64,000 nucleotides of DNA from Eledone cirrhosa (taxonomy: Eukaryota): assembly GCA_964016885.1 (NCBI GenBank), contig CAXHJY010000503.1, positions 1 to 64,000 on the forward strand, in the 5' to 3' direction. The translations under genes were made by a program, and so were the position numbers. Shown piece after piece: positions 25,249-38,283 of the stretch; positions within the stretch are counted from its first letter, which is position 1, and every line of letters starts with the position of its first letter. A model generated the notes under the pieces. It ran no database searches and was not told the DNA's origin. It was given only the letters and a program-made list of their open reading frames with translations.

Positions 25249-25252
<4 letters not shown>

Positions 25253-25670
25253 AATTAGTATATCTACCAACATATATATACCTATGCAAGCAAATATATA
25301 GGTTTTGTCTTAGTAACTTTGTAGTTCAATGCAAGGAGATGCAGAACAATTATATGAAAAACGTAAAATAAGAAAATTATAGTAATTAGCTTACTTACTT
25401 AAATTTCACTCCAACTAATTAATTTCTGAAAGGGAATATACATAGTCTCCAAATGGAGATCATGGAGAAACCTTTTCGTCATCAGGGAGTCATCCTCAGC
25501 TAAGATACCTGGAGATGCGCGGATAGAGAGAACTTATACAAAAATATTCAGTGGATGGAAAAGAGCAAGCGGGGACTAAATTACAAGACACTGAAGAAAA
25601 CTAATTAGTTGGAGTGAAATTTAAGTAAGTAAGCTAATTACTATAATTTTCTTATTTTACGTTTTTCATA
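25249..25670. mobile_element. Family A hammerhead element, head-to-head (minus arm 25249-25596, plus arm 25597-25670)
   Basis: About 75-bp inverted repeat; minus-strand hammerhead at 25408-25490; homologous to 31208-31790; TA flanks. Confidence 0.85.
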
Positions 25671-25680
25671 TATATATATA

Positions 25681-26531
25681 ATGGTGAGCTGTGTTGTTGC
25701 AGTTATGATATATATAATAAATGAAGAATTAGAAATAGAAGCCAGGATTATCCGTCATCAGTCGTCTACTAGCCATCATAGGTATTTCTTCGCATTACAG
25801 ACCATATACCTCAAGCTAGGGCGATACAATAACTAAATTAAGTTATTGGGATAAAAAGAGTTGGGTGGAGAAAGCGAGACAGGTAAACAAACACGAATGG
25901 TGAGGCAACGTAAAGAGAGGAAAAAATGTGAAAATCAAGTCAATAATTCATTTTGAACATAAGAACGTGCGACTTCCTGGCTTCTATTTCTAATTCTTCA
26001 TTTGTTATATATATCATATTTGCAATAACACAGCTCGCCAGTTTTATCATTGATATATGCTTTCCCCTTCGCTGTGACCTGTCTTTTTCTCTTCCCTTAC
26101 TGCTATCCTCTTTCTCTCTCCTCATTCTCTCTCCTCCCCCCTCAGCTAGTCACCCTCTCTCGGCTAGCCTCTTCCTCACACTTTCACTCACTCACTCTCT
26201 GCTACTCACCCTCTCTCTCACTTCCTCCATCGTCCCACACCGTACGAGATTCTTTCCTCGCTCACATCCGCACGGCCAAGATGTGTCTTTGTTCTCCTCA
26301 TCAATATTCGCACGTTCTTATGTTCAAAATGAATTATTGACTTGATTTTCTCATTTTTTCCTCTCTTTACGTTGCCTCGCCATTCGTGTTTGTTTACCTG
26401 TCTCTCTTTCTCCACCCAACCCTTTTTAGCCCAATAACTTAATTTAGTTATTGTATTGCCCTAGCTGGAGGTATCTGGTCTGTAATGCGAAGAAATACCT
26501 ATGATCGCTAGTAGACCACTGATGACGGATA
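25681..26531. mobile_element. Family B (diverged subfamily), head-to-head: minus arm 25681-25972, plus monomer 25975-26531
   Basis: The arms are reverse complements (25750-25972 vs 26308-26531; 25683-25747 vs 25975-26040) and share motifs with 13087-13785. Confidence 0.85.
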
Positions 26532-26534
26532 TGT

Positions 26535-27190
26535 CAGGAGATGTTGTGACCGGATTTAAAAGATCAGCAAAGTATTCTCTCCACCAAATATTTGCCTCCC
26601 TTCAGAGAGAACTCCAGATAAGTTCCTGATAACATGTGTGGGGGGAGATTACGAAGTTGCCGGATGGACTGCCATAAATACTGTATTTGCTGATCTAAAG
26701 TCGGATTCTAGCTTAACCCTAGAGTCTTCTCTTGACGTAACCTTGGATGCCTTTACTGTCTTTGCTGCGAATTATCACGTCTGATTGCACCGCGAGTATA
26801 ATGAAGATTTATTTCCAGGCTAAGCTTTCTAAGCCCCCTTCTTTACTCGCATGGCATATTTAACGTTCGCAGGCAGTATTTAGAGTTGAAATAAAAACTA
26901 TAGATCTGAACTTTCCCCACTCCGTTTCAACATCTTTAGTTTTTTCAAAGATTTTTATGAATTGTGATGCAATAGTATCCGCATACGTGGTCCTCACCTC
27001 CTCATCGGTCAGCACTTTCCACTTTATCATGTAGGTAGAGCTGGATCAGCCAGTTTTATGGATTTTCTTGACTTAAGGGACAGAGGTCAGTATTCGATTT
27101 TTTTTTTATTGTCTCTGGTACCGGGCTGGATGTTCGTGTTAAGAGACAGTCTGAGATGTCAACTGACCACCATCTAGTTATCTGCAGGAA
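26535..27190. pseudogene. Decayed RTE-clade LINE fragments in two orientations
   Basis: Minus strand near 26550-26585 gives WREYFADLLNP; plus strand near 27130-27186 gives DVRVKRQSEMSTDHHLVIC (APE end). Confidence 0.6.
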
Positions 27191-27719
27191 AGATTGTCTG
27201 TGAATGTATGCTCTTCAAAGAATGAAGAGCAGGTCAACATGTATCTTTCGACACCTGCGGACCGCAATGTGCTAGTGAAATATATCATAATCACAGTCTT
27301 AGTTTGTAAAATTTTGTTCCATTCAGATCTAAATATTGTCCATGAATGAAAACAAGTATCTTTTATCTTTATCATTGTTTTATTACGTCATTATTAACGC
27401 CACAAAAATATGTATTATGGAAGATTATGAATAAAATTGATTATGAATATCTAATTCTAGCCTTCACAATTATCATTATTGTTCGTATACTCCGTCATGG
27501 ACTACCAAATCGGATTTGGAAAGATACACATGACGTTGAATACTTGAACATAATTGCATCCTTTACTGAATGGAGTGTTGCATACGCAAACCTTGTTTGT
27601 TAACAATTATATCACAACTATAAATGTGTGTGTGTCTGTGCATGCGTGTGTATACACATATCTACCTTTTCTTGTGCGCCCTTGTGGCAAATAAAGAAAT
27701 ATATCTCTCTATTAGTGTA

Positions 27720-28996
27720 TCAGTCTATTTTTCTGTTTTAATGGAACACTCCACCATCACGAATCTTTCAAGTTGATATCTCTCTTTAAGAGAGAACAAA
27801 CCTGGGCCAACCTAACCGTCCCGGCAGAAGTAAATGGGAGCAACACAAAGAAGGACACTGATTTATAGAGGTATTTCAGTGCAAACCCTTTAAGCGTAAT
27901 TGCCCCCCCCCCCCCCCCACCAGTAACAAGTGTAGGCAGCACTGAAATGCATGAGAGAAGACATTGAGTACATAGCATGGGCCAGACAGTTCGGTACCAT
28001 TTCGGTGCTGTTTAAAACCAAGGCTCTTGTCATAAAACACACGATGGCCTCTTGTAAAACGAACCACATTACCTCATACTCGACCTACATGGGCAGAAGA
28101 TCGGTGAAGGTCCGCTTTCCCAGGATCCAGCCAACACTGTACTTATGGTGGCTCCTAGGATGCGTGGTCGAGGCGGATACAGCTGGTACCATCCTCGGCG
28201 TAAGAAAAAACAAAAAGAGAAGATTGGTCCGGGATGGATTTGGAAATTCTTCTCCAAATCAGGCCGTAAATGATACCTCTGTGAGTCTTCTGCCCTCAGC
28301 TGAAAAAGGCAGGGGGCCGCAAACCTCCTTTGCTGCTAACACCAGTGCTGGGACAAAAAACCACGGCAGCAACAGTAAAAGCAACAGCATCCACCAAATC
28401 AACCCAATGGGAGGATGGGGAAAGCTCCCCCCCCCCCCACACACACACAAGACCTGAATCTCGAGGTAAGGACCATCTTCCTGGACCCGGAATAGATAGA
28501 ACATGTAGGATAGGACTTGGTTATTGGAAGCTTAACACGTCGTTTCCGGTGCGTAAAGCCTATATAGACCGGGTCACCACTTCAGTTAAGTGTAAGTTGA
28601 TCTGGATGACGCCATGTGGTTTAACTATGTCCACATTGACACATTCTGGAAATCCTGTCATACAGTTGAACACGTCTAAGCAGTTTTGCGCCAGTTCCCG
28701 AAATTCGGGTTTCGCTGATGGCCACGTGTATTTATTAGTGAGGCCATGCGTGAAGGAAGGACGGTTGGTCCGTTCTTCTAGTTGGGTGTGGGCTCCTCCA
28801 AATCCGTTTCGAAATCGACTCTAGGAAATTCCGAATTTCATTGAGGAACTTTTGTAATATTTTAGTGTATATTTTCGTGTGATTTGTATTATCTGTATAT
28901 ATGTGACCGGGGGGGGGGTTAGTCATTTTCTGTAATTGTCGAATTGTGCTTTACGTGGTAAATTAGTCTCTTGTTTGGGTTTATGGCCGTATAAAG
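27720..28996 (+). pseudogene. Heavily deleted Tx1-like LINE remnant
   Basis: GLGYWKLN at about 28513-28536 matches the PGYWKLN motif of the intact ORF2; upstream ORF1-like text; 3' ATGGCCGTATAAAG-like tail. Confidence 0.55.
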
Positions 28997-29057
28997 TATA
29001 CAGCTTTAAAACATAAACAGCAAGAAACAAATAATCCATATGGAGCGCTAATAATAA

Positions 29058-29533
29058 TGGTTTCTGATTTAGGCACAAGGCCAGCGATTTTGGGAGGAGG
29101 GGAAAGGCGATTAAATTGATCCCAGTGCGTTACTGGTACTTTATTTTATCGACCCATGTAAGGATGAAAGGCAAAGCTAACCTCGTTTGGATTTGAACTC
29201 AGAACGTAAAGAGACGTAACTAAATGCCACAAAGCATGGTGTCCGACGCTCTACCGATATTGTCAATTCACCGCCCTTATATTGATAATATTACATTTAT
29301 ATTATATATTACTGATATTCAGGGCGGTGGATTAGCAGTATCAGTAGAGCGTCAGACACCATGCTTTGCAGCATAAAGTTATGACCCTTTACGTTCTGAG
29401 TTCAAATCCGGCCGAGGTTAGCTTTGCCTTTCATCCTTACGAGGTTGATAAAATAAAGTACCAGTAACGCACTGGGGTCGATTTAATCGACTTTCCCTTC
29501 CCCATAATTGATGGCCTTGTGCCTAAATCAGAT
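29058..29533. mobile_element. Two full-length main-family SINEs head-to-head (minus 29058-29277, plus 29320-29533)
   Basis: Both have A/B boxes, the CTTTGCCTTTCATCC core and the GGCCTTGTGCCTAAATCAGA tail; about 43-bp AT spacer. Confidence 0.9.
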
Positions 29534-30130
29534 TACGTTATGTTGCCACTCCGACTTTCGCAGATTGCCGTGATCAGTGCAATTCGTGAATCGCAGAGTA
29601 GCAACAGTAATATTATAAATATATTATAGCCTTTACTTTGCCATTGACCCTTTTTCCTTGTGTTTATAAGCTCAAACGTATGGATGCATAGGTACCAACA
29701 CACTCAAATATCTATATATCTATATGTTGCATACGTTTCCCTATATAAATACATACACATTCCTTATGCGTTTGTGTGTATATATACATATGTGTGTATG
29801 TGTGTGTGTGCGTCTGCGTGTGAGTATCTGTGTGAGTATCTGTGTGTGTGTGTCTGTTTGCGTGTTTATTTACAAATAGAACCCCAATCATCATATATCT
29901 TTAAACGAAACCTGACACTGCAGATTTTCCCTCCATTTTCATTTTCTCTCCGGAAAAAAGAAACAAAAGTGGAGAAAATATCGATTACTTTCTTACTGAG
30001 ATAAAAAAAAAAAAATTCTTAAAATCTCAGGTATACTTCACTTTAGTCTTTCTTTTCTTTTCGAACAATTCTTTTATATGACTATAAATCCTATAATTCT
30101 TTCTAATCCAGTGTATCATTCATTGTTTAG

Positions 30131-30168
<38 letters not shown>

Positions 30169-30778
30169 AAACAACAACAACAACAACAACAACAATAATA
30201 AATAATGATAATAATAATAATAATCATGATAATAATAGTAATAATAATAAAAATGATTAAAAAAAAAAATGAAAATGGAAGAAAGCAGACGACCGACGTT
30301 TATCGAAACGTTTCAATTGACTTGGATATATCGGCTGGGAACCGAACAGATTTTACCTTTCCCAAAATATAATTTCCAGTAATGTACTTGCATTGCGAAG
30401 GAGATCTAATGATCTATACGTCTGAAAATCTATATAGAGCTTTGTAACAAGAGATATTAAGCTTTCTGTCTATCGCTCTCTAGATTACAAATAGAAGACG
30501 CCAAAACAACGATAATCTAGAGCTAAATTAAATACAGTTCATATTTTTGTTGTCTTGCATTCCCAGGGTCCAGAAAATTGGTAAATTTTTCTTAGCCGAT
30601 ATATATATATATAAATACTTGCATGCATGCATATATACATACATATATACATATATATACATACATACACACACATACATACATACATATGTACATACGT
30701 ATGTTAAACATACTTATTTACGTATGTATGTACACACAGACACAGACACACACACACAGACCCGCATATATATATATA

Positions 30779-30879
30779 CAGGGTTACGCCCCAAAATGTA
30801 TACACACTTCAACCGCATTCTGATAAATATTGCCTGTACAGGTAATCAAAGTGTGTATACATTTGGTTGGGACACCCTG
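30779..30879. mobile_element. Tc1/mariner-type MITE
   Basis: TA|CAGGGT...AAATGTATACACACTT / AAGTGTGTATACATTT...ACCCTG|TA. Confidence 0.75.
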
Positions 30880-30895
30880 TATATATACATATATA

Positions 30896-30950
<55 letters not shown>

Positions 30951-30953
<3 letters not shown>

Positions 30954-31151
30954 AAAAGGTATGACTCCGACGGCAGAGCTCAAGCCGTGGCGACGGCTAT
31001 TTCTGGGTTATTTGGGTCCAGAAATAGCCGTCGAAACGGCTTGAGCTCTGCCGTCGGGGTCATACCTTTTCCTATTACCCACTCTACTACCCTAAGTATT
31101 GGGTACTCTGGTGCGTTATGGTCCACCTGGTTCCTTACCACAATTCATTCG

Positions 31152-31153
<2 letters not shown>
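30951..31153. mobile_element. Family C element, head-to-head hairpin in (TA)n
   Basis: About 55-bp inverted arms 30951-31006/31017-31074, then the tail TTACCCACTCTACTACCCTAAGTATTG.GTACTCTGGTGCGTTATGGTCCACCTGG; contains the hammerhead 3' half GCCGUC-GAAAC-GGYU-UGAGCUC. Confidence 0.85.
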
Positions 31154-31197
<44 letters not shown>

Positions 31198-31207
31198 ATA
31201 TACATAC

Positions 31208-31790
31208 ATTTTAGTAAGTAAGTTAATTTTTATAATTTTCTTATTTTACGTCTTTCATATAATTGTTCTGCATCCCCTTGCATTGAACCACAAAGTTACT
31301 AAGACAAAACCTATATATTTGCTAGCGTAGGTATGCATCTGTATATATATGTTGGTAGATATACTAATTCTTTATAATTATCTCCAAATTATTTTGTTGA
31401 GCAAACATTTGCCAAAACTGCTACTATAGTTCATAGTAATAGTTCGGCTACTGTCTTCTTAACACCCCACTCCTCACTGATTAACCTCGATGTCACGTGA
31501 TTGATTCTTTTGAATTTGCCACCGACCAAGTAGGCAGGGATTTTTTCAATGTCTTGGAATTTAGTCCACGCTTGCTTTTTTCCATCCACTGAATTGTTTT
31601 GTATAAGTTCCCTGTGTCCACGCATCGCCTGGGAACTTAGCTGAGAATAGACTCCCTGATGACGAAAGGCCTTCTCCATGCGTTCCATTCGGAAACCATG
31701 TTTATTCTCTTTCAGAAACTAATTAGTTGGAGTCAAATTTTAGTAAGTAAGTTAATTTTTATAATTTTCTTATTTTACGTCTTTCATATA
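31208..31790 (+). mobile_element. Family A retrozyme-like monomer (529 nt) with 54-bp terminal direct repeat
   Basis: 31208-31261 is repeated at 31737-31790; contains hammerhead 31650-31734; flanked by TA/TACA repeats; no recognisable protein ORF. Confidence 0.85.
31650..31734 (+). ncRNA. Type I hammerhead ribozyme (family A)
   Basis: GACUCC-CUGAUGA-(C)GAAAG..long stem II..CUUUC(A)-GAAA-CUAAUUA-GUU|GGAGUC: 6-bp stem I; stem III region AACUAAUUAGUU is a perfect palindrome. Confidence 0.85.
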
Positions 31791-32198
31791 CATACATATA
31801 TATATTCATATATACATACCTGCGCATATATATGCATTAATACACATACACACAGGGGGCATGGGAAGAGTCCTTAGGAGGTCGCATAGAATACCTTGCG
31901 GTATATGGTTTGGAACTCTGTGAACTATGATCAAGTCACGCGGAGATCAATTTTATCTTTAATTCTACAGCGGCCAAGAAATAAAATACCAATCACATAT
32001 TGGTTGATTCTGTATACTCCCAGAGTCGGCTACGTTCTACACAGAAGAGGGCACGTAGTACATCTCTCTGCAGAAATGGATAACCTTTCAGCTATGTACC
32101 ACAGTATTCTTATATTAAAAAAATTGATATGCTACTTGAAATGTCCAAGAACGGACTAATGTGCAGCACAACCTGGAATGGAAATAAAGATACAAAGA

Positions 32199-32254
<56 letters not shown>

Positions 32255-32262
<8 letters not shown>

Positions 32263-32374
32263 TTGGTTCCTTTACCGGTTTCGCAGTTCTTCTGCTTTTC
32301 AAAAGTAGAGTTGAGATGGAGGGTCTGTGGTTTTTCTCACATCAGAAGAACTGCGAAACCGGTAAAGGAACCAA

Positions 32375-32382
<8 letters not shown>
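32255..32382. mobile_element. Family J element, head-to-head, with degenerate hammerhead
   Basis: 40-bp perfect inverted arms; minus strand CUU-UUGAAAA-GCAG-AAGAA-CUGC-GAAA-CCG-GUA|AAG. Other copies at 46782-46840 and 51199-51266. Confidence 0.75.
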
Positions 32383-32462
<80 letters not shown>

Positions 32463-32737
32463 CAGAGATGTGCATATATTTATGTATGTATGTATATTTT
32501 TATATGTATATATATATGTGTGTGTGTGTGTGTATTTCCTTTTCTCACTAGTCAGTTCTTTCGTTGCTACAGATCACGCGGCTAAATTACCGGTCGCTAT
32601 TTACAATTTGCTGAGCCCTTTTAAACTGTATGTTATTACTCTGGCGTCTATACCTTGTCGAGTGCTTGGCTCCACTACTGAAGGCATTCGTTGGCTTGGC
32701 TGCTGATCGAACTTCGAATATGCTGTACTATTGTATA

Positions 32738-32782
<45 letters not shown>

Positions 32783-33089
32783 GTAGAACACTGGAAGGTA
32801 ATATCCGTAGTAGTAGAGTACTCAGTCCATGGGACGAGTTAGGTAGAAGTGGTAACACATATATATATATAGAGTGCTGCTGTTAATTAAATCTAGCCTG
32901 TCAAGTCTGCACTACACACACACACACACACACACACATGCGCGCGCGCGCACACACACACACACACACTGATGTCCAGATTCCATAACCAGATGACAGT
33001 CTTGCTTTCTCACAACATTGCGAGAGGCAGACGTTATACTTCTTACATAAAGATCTAGTATATACTTTCATAACCTAGGACTTAAGATA

Positions 33090-33900
33090 ACAGTAGAACA
33101 GTAGACATTAACTTAAACAAGGCATATTTCCTAGATGTAATATTTGACTTTTCACAAACCCTTCCACAAACTGAACGAAAAACGTGGATATATGAATGAA
33201 AAATTCTGCGATACCTTTAGTTTTTGAAAACCTTATTATCAATATTACCGCAGAATTTCTAATCTATACTCTTCTAAAATCATATTTGCTAAGCCAATAC
33301 GGCTCTAGATCGTACCGCCAAAGACAAGATTTACCTCACCTCTCCTATCCACTACCAAAAGACCCAAGAACATGCCCCAAAAATACATTTTGTTCTTCTT
33401 TCTCCTTTTCTATTAAAATTAAGGCTTTAAAAAGTAAGCTATTCCCAGGCATTTTCAACTGATATAGTAAAATCTTCACTAGACGTCCTGTTAACATCAG
33501 CCTTTTTTTATGTCCATAACATAGTATCTTTTATAACATCTTACTCTTTTTAAAAGAAAACCCAGGTTATTCATGCAGAAAGCAGGCAGAATGCTTATTA
33601 GATCAGGCACAAAATATTGAATCGTATACTAGGCCGAAATCACATCAGATATGTCTAACCAAACAATAGGTTGGTTTATACGTTAAATATTTGATTGGCT
33701 GAAGGAAACTTTAAACAGCGGTAGCACACCCATGTGTCATTTCTCAAACAGGCTGATATAAGAACCTTCATTGTTTTATTGAGACTCGTAAGGCATCCGA
33801 AGACAGGAAAATAGAGTGCTCTTAAAAACCCTGAAGTCAGCATTAACGAATCCAGAAGATGCAGCCTTTGCACCAATGAAAATTTCAAAAGTAATGCCTA
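33090..33900 (+). pseudogene. Decayed Penelope-like element (RT thumb plus GIY-YIG)
   Basis: Frameshifted pieces: FLDVIFD (about 33128), SCRKQAECLLD (33571), LAEGNFKQR*HTH (about 33695), SRRCSLCTNE (33851), collinear with the motifs of the 2-475 ORF. Confidence 0.7.
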
Positions 33901-34096
33901 TCTTCGGTGCTGGAGCTTCGATATCTGTATGTCCAGTTGCATGAACAATTGATTATACAGTTAAGTATACCTATCTAGAGATACAGAAAAACACGTACAC
34001 TAAATATGAACTTAGTCAATCTGTCCGTTGTTACACAATTGAATCAGATACTACACTATTTTACAATTGACTATAAAGGGATGTAATCTATATCAG

Positions 34097-34415
34097 TGGC
34101 GGCGAATTGGCAGAGTCGTTAGAACGTCAGATTGCGGTATTCGTCCCAGCTCTCTGCTCTCTGAGTTCAAATCCCGCCGAGGTCAACTTTGCCTTTCAGC
34201 CTTTCGACGTCGATAAAAAAAAGTACCAGTCTAGTACTGGGTAGATTCTTCCTTTATATCTCTTTCTCATTTCATCTCTCTCACTTTCTATCTTTTTCTG
34301 GAAGAAATCTGCTGTACTCAGGCCGGGAGAGGAGATGGGCTCCGCCATGCTTAAAAATGCCCTAGAAATGCCATATGCCAATACGACATCCCTACGACTC
34401 CCTCGGGAGTTACAG
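34097..34415 (+). mobile_element. Main-family SINE with alternative 3' segment
   Basis: GGCGGCGAATTGGCAGAGTCGTTAGA...GAGTTCAAATCCCGCCGAGGTCAACTTTGCC, then the segment shared with 9085-9205 and 49080-49230. Confidence 0.8.
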
Positions 34416-34994
34416 TACCATGCCATGTCAATCTCTATAATATATAATCTATATATTTATATAGTCTAATAAATTGATAAGCTAATGGAATTGGTCACTC
34501 ATTAGTGGATGTATCAAAGGGCGATGTATTGTATTATTTTATAGATAAGGGCAATAGAACAAAGTTCATTGTTTGGTTGTGGAAAACATGAAATCAACTT
34601 TGTGAAATATCGAACCACCTGTGAAATACGACGATGTGCTTGAAACTCTATAACACTTGATTTATGAATTGAAAACCAATCGGGACAGTTTTTTTAAGTA
34701 GCAATTATATGCTGGTCTTGAGTTAACAAGAAGACGTTCCCGGCGTTACCATCCGTCATTTTGAATGTCTACAACTATAGTTTCCAATGTAGCTTTCTTT
34801 GTTTTAAGACGTTGTAATCTTATTTGAAGGTATTTGGCTGCTATTTCTAGAAAGTACAGGGACAGTGTAATATATTACTTTTATGTGCATCATGTACACT
34901 ACACATACATGTATATTCCTGTAACCCATACATAAGTAATATGTATTTAGCACTTATAATTAAGATAACATTTCATATCTAACATGTGCCTATT

Positions 34995-35780
34995 ATTGGC
35001 AGTATCGGTAGAGGGTTGGACGCCATGCTTTCCAGCATAGTTACGTCCCTTTACGATCTGAGTTCAAATCCCGCCGAGGTTAACTTTGCCTTTCATCCTT
35101 ACGGGGTCGATAAAATAAAGTACCAGTAATTTACTGGATAATTACTGGCCTTGTGCCAAAAATGGAAATAATTATTACCATCTTTGTATGAGCCGAAATG
35201 TATGCACAAATCACACAAATGTAATAGGAAAGTGTGAAAAATTTATTACACAAATAAAATTAGATGCTGTAATTTCCATTTATTGTATTTTTCATCAGAA
35301 AAATCCTTGTGGTTCCTATACTATTATTAAGTGATATACTATTATTAAGTGATATAAGTGGGTAATTGCTGGCCTTGCGCGAAAAGTAGAAACAATTATT
35401 GAGTGATATATTAGATAAGATAATATATTTTGATAACATTTGAACTTACGAAGCATTGGGAAATTTGAAATTTGAAAATATCTCGCGAGAGATGCGTGGT
35501 TCGTTTCTCCGCAGACGTCTCTGTCCCCTTTTTTTCTGTCTGCATGGGTACTTTACTCGATTTACTCAACTATGATTTATAGTTAGCAACTTTTATTATA
35601 GTCGGTGGATTAGCAGTATCGGTAGAGTGTCGGACACCATGCTTTGACGCATAGAGTTACGGCCCTTGCCATTCTGAGTTCAAATCCCGCCGAGGTTAAC
35701 TTTGCCTTTCATCCTTACGGGATCGATAAAATAATGTACTGGGTAATTGCTGGCATTGTGCCAAAAGTAGAAACAATTAT
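34995..35780 (+). mobile_element. Two main-family SINE copies (34995-35175, 35602-35780)
   Basis: GAGTTCAAATCCCGCCGAGGTTAACTTTGCCTTTCATCCTTACGGG.TCGATAAAATAA...GGC.TTGTGCCAAAA. Confidence 0.85.
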
Positions 35781-36014
35781 TATAGTTATCTGCATTTTGG
35801 TGACAATATTTTCAAGTAAGTTGTTAGTTTTGTTCGAGCAAACGCAACACATAATCGTTAATTTCGCAGTATGCATTTCATATATTTATGATGCGTTCAG
35901 CGCGAGTTTGGTGTAACAAGAACAAGTATTAAATATCAGGGTCGATAAAATAAAGTAAATCCATCGATCGATTCCTGGGGTCGATTTTATTGACTAACTC
36001 CGTCCCCGAAATAT

Positions 36015-36515
36015 CTGGCCTTGTACCTACGTTTGAAATTATTACACAAAATCAGATTTGGAATTACACAACCGTCCAACCCATGCTAACGTGGAAGATG
36101 GACGTTAAACGATGATAATGATGATGATGATAATAATGATGATGATGATGATGGATCAATTTTACATTAAAACATTTCTGGTCTTGTACCTACGTTTGAA
36201 ATTACTACACAAAATGAGATTTGAAATTACACAAGTATGGATCAATTTTACATTAAAACATTTCTGGCCTTGTACCTACGTTTGAAATTACTACACAAAA
36301 TCAGATTTGATATTACACAAGTATGGATCAATTTTACATTAAAATATTTCTGGTCTTGTACATTCGTTTGAAATTATTACACAAAATGAGATTTAGAAAT
36401 TCAGAAACAGGGATCAACTTCACGTTGAAATATGTTTACTCTTGTTCCTATTTTTGAAATTACAACACAAAATTAGATCTAGAACTACACAAGCAGAGAT
36501 CAACCGCACGTTAAA
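36015..36515 (+). repeat. 86-bp tandem repeat containing a SINE 3' tail
   Basis: Units start at 36177, 36263 and 36349 (86-bp period), with partial units at 36015 and about 36436. Confidence 0.85.
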
Positions 36516-36568
36516 ATATCACTGTCACATAGTGATAAATAAATGCTTTGCTAGAGATTTCGAAAGTA

Positions 36569-36932
36569 CCGTATTTGCTGACCTATTGGATGCACTTTCG
36601 TATAAGACGCACCCTGGTTTTACAAGGACATTTTGAGGGAAAAAAAGAATCTCAGTAGATTTCTTTATAAATTTATTAAAAATGATTCCATTGTTTTTTC
36701 AGAAACTCTTATATAAGTTCGACATCATTGTACTTATATAAATTGTATTGTAATACAATTTATATAAACCGCATCAGCAATACAATAGGAATACAAACTA
36801 ATTTTTTTTCAACCCATGATTGTCCTCACTCTCCGTCGACCTCCCATCAGTAATAAGAGCGTATTGGACACTCGGAGGATTTTAAAATGTTTTTTGAGAA
36901 AAAAAGTGCGTCCAATAGGCCGGCCAATACGG
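36569..36932. mobile_element. pogo/Tigger-like MITE
   Basis: TA|CCGTATTTGCTGACCTATTGGATGCAC ... GTGCGTCCAATAGGCCGGCCAATACGG|TA. Confidence 0.75.
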
Positions 36933-37070
36933 TAATTTAGAAGTGTAGATAAAGAAATATAAATGGATGCTTCTAAAACTCGCAAATAGTTCCACAGAAA
37001 CATTAAATCAACAACAAATATATCATAATGTAATGATTTCCTCCTGAAACGTACTTCTTTCAGAGTGCCG

Positions 37071-37398
37071 TACTCTCGGGTTCCAAATAATAGGAGGTGG
37101 TGGAATAAGCGGGAGGGCTGTTGGAATAATCGGTAATTTTTCAACGTTGATCCCCTTGATATTTTTAGAAACCAGAATTAGTCGTTTAGTTTACATATTG
37201 AGACCCTAACCGATCCCATTTATTTTATAATGTATGGGATTTCTAGTAATGTACCTTCTTGTCATGTATGTTTTTTAATGTCTAAAGAAAATTAAATTTG
37301 GCAGGTGATAGAATAGCTAAATTGGATAAGCGTATGGAGGGTCTGAAAAATTAATAAGGAGGTGGTGGGGGGCGTCGATTATTCGAGACCCGAGAATA
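37071..37398 (+). mobile_element. Tc1/mariner-type MITE
   Basis: TACTCTCGGGTTCCAAATAAT ... ATTATTCGAGACCCGAGAATA; three copies in the window. Confidence 0.75.
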
Positions 37399-38251
37399 AG
37401 TTCCAATATCTCTGTTGTAGCTTCTAAAACAGCTGCCACATGTGCTTATATACTCACAAATGTATTGAATAAACAAAGCCAGCACAGACCGATGCGAATT
37501 TGATAGTTCTCTCCCTTTAACTGCCAGTATTAGCTAATATTCATGTCGTGGCTATTCTTATTAGTGTTCATACTATTTTTATTTAGCATTATTTTCATCG
37601 AGGTTAACTTTGCTTTTCATCCATACGGGGTCGATAAAATAAAGTACCAGTAATGCACTTAGGATAATTGCTGGCCTTGTGCCAAAAGTAGAAACAATTA
37701 TTTTCATTGAATATGGATATTCTATGTACTTTAACCCGTTTGATATCAAACTTCCTGAAACCGCACTTGGTTCTACGATATAAAACTGAATTCATATTTC
37801 TAAAAACCTTCAATCATTGGTGAAAAAGTAAAGCAAAAGATCGTTAAATTGACGAAGAGGGAGGAGGAGGGGGAGAATAATAATAATAATAAGAAGAAGA
37901 AGAACAACAACAACAATAGCAACATCAACGATGGCGACAACAAATATATCTTGTTAGTAAATTGGTTGGTGCAATGTATAAAATGCCCAGATCGATAAAT
38001 TAGTACCAGTGATTGGGTCGCTAATTCTATATCGTTCCTCTCGTTTTTTCTCTCTTCTCTCTCGTTTCTTTATCCCCTCCTCTCTCTTCCTCTCACTCTC
38101 CTGCTTGCCTTTCTTCCTCTCTTTCTCGCTCTCCTCTCTCCTCGTTCACTTGCTCATCCCTCTTTCGCCGTTTCCTTTCTCTATTCTTCCTAGCTCTAGC
38201 TCTCGTCACTTTCTTCCTTCCTTCCTTTGTTTCTTTGTTTCTTTCTTCTTT

Positions 38252-38283
<32 letters not shown>

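Noticed and set aside
30951-31074. Short TA-flanked palindromes as MITEs or pre-miRNAs
   Set aside because: Arm lengths and junctions differ between copies and one arm extends as a unique tail, unlike fixed TIRs; they fit inverted retro-copies better.
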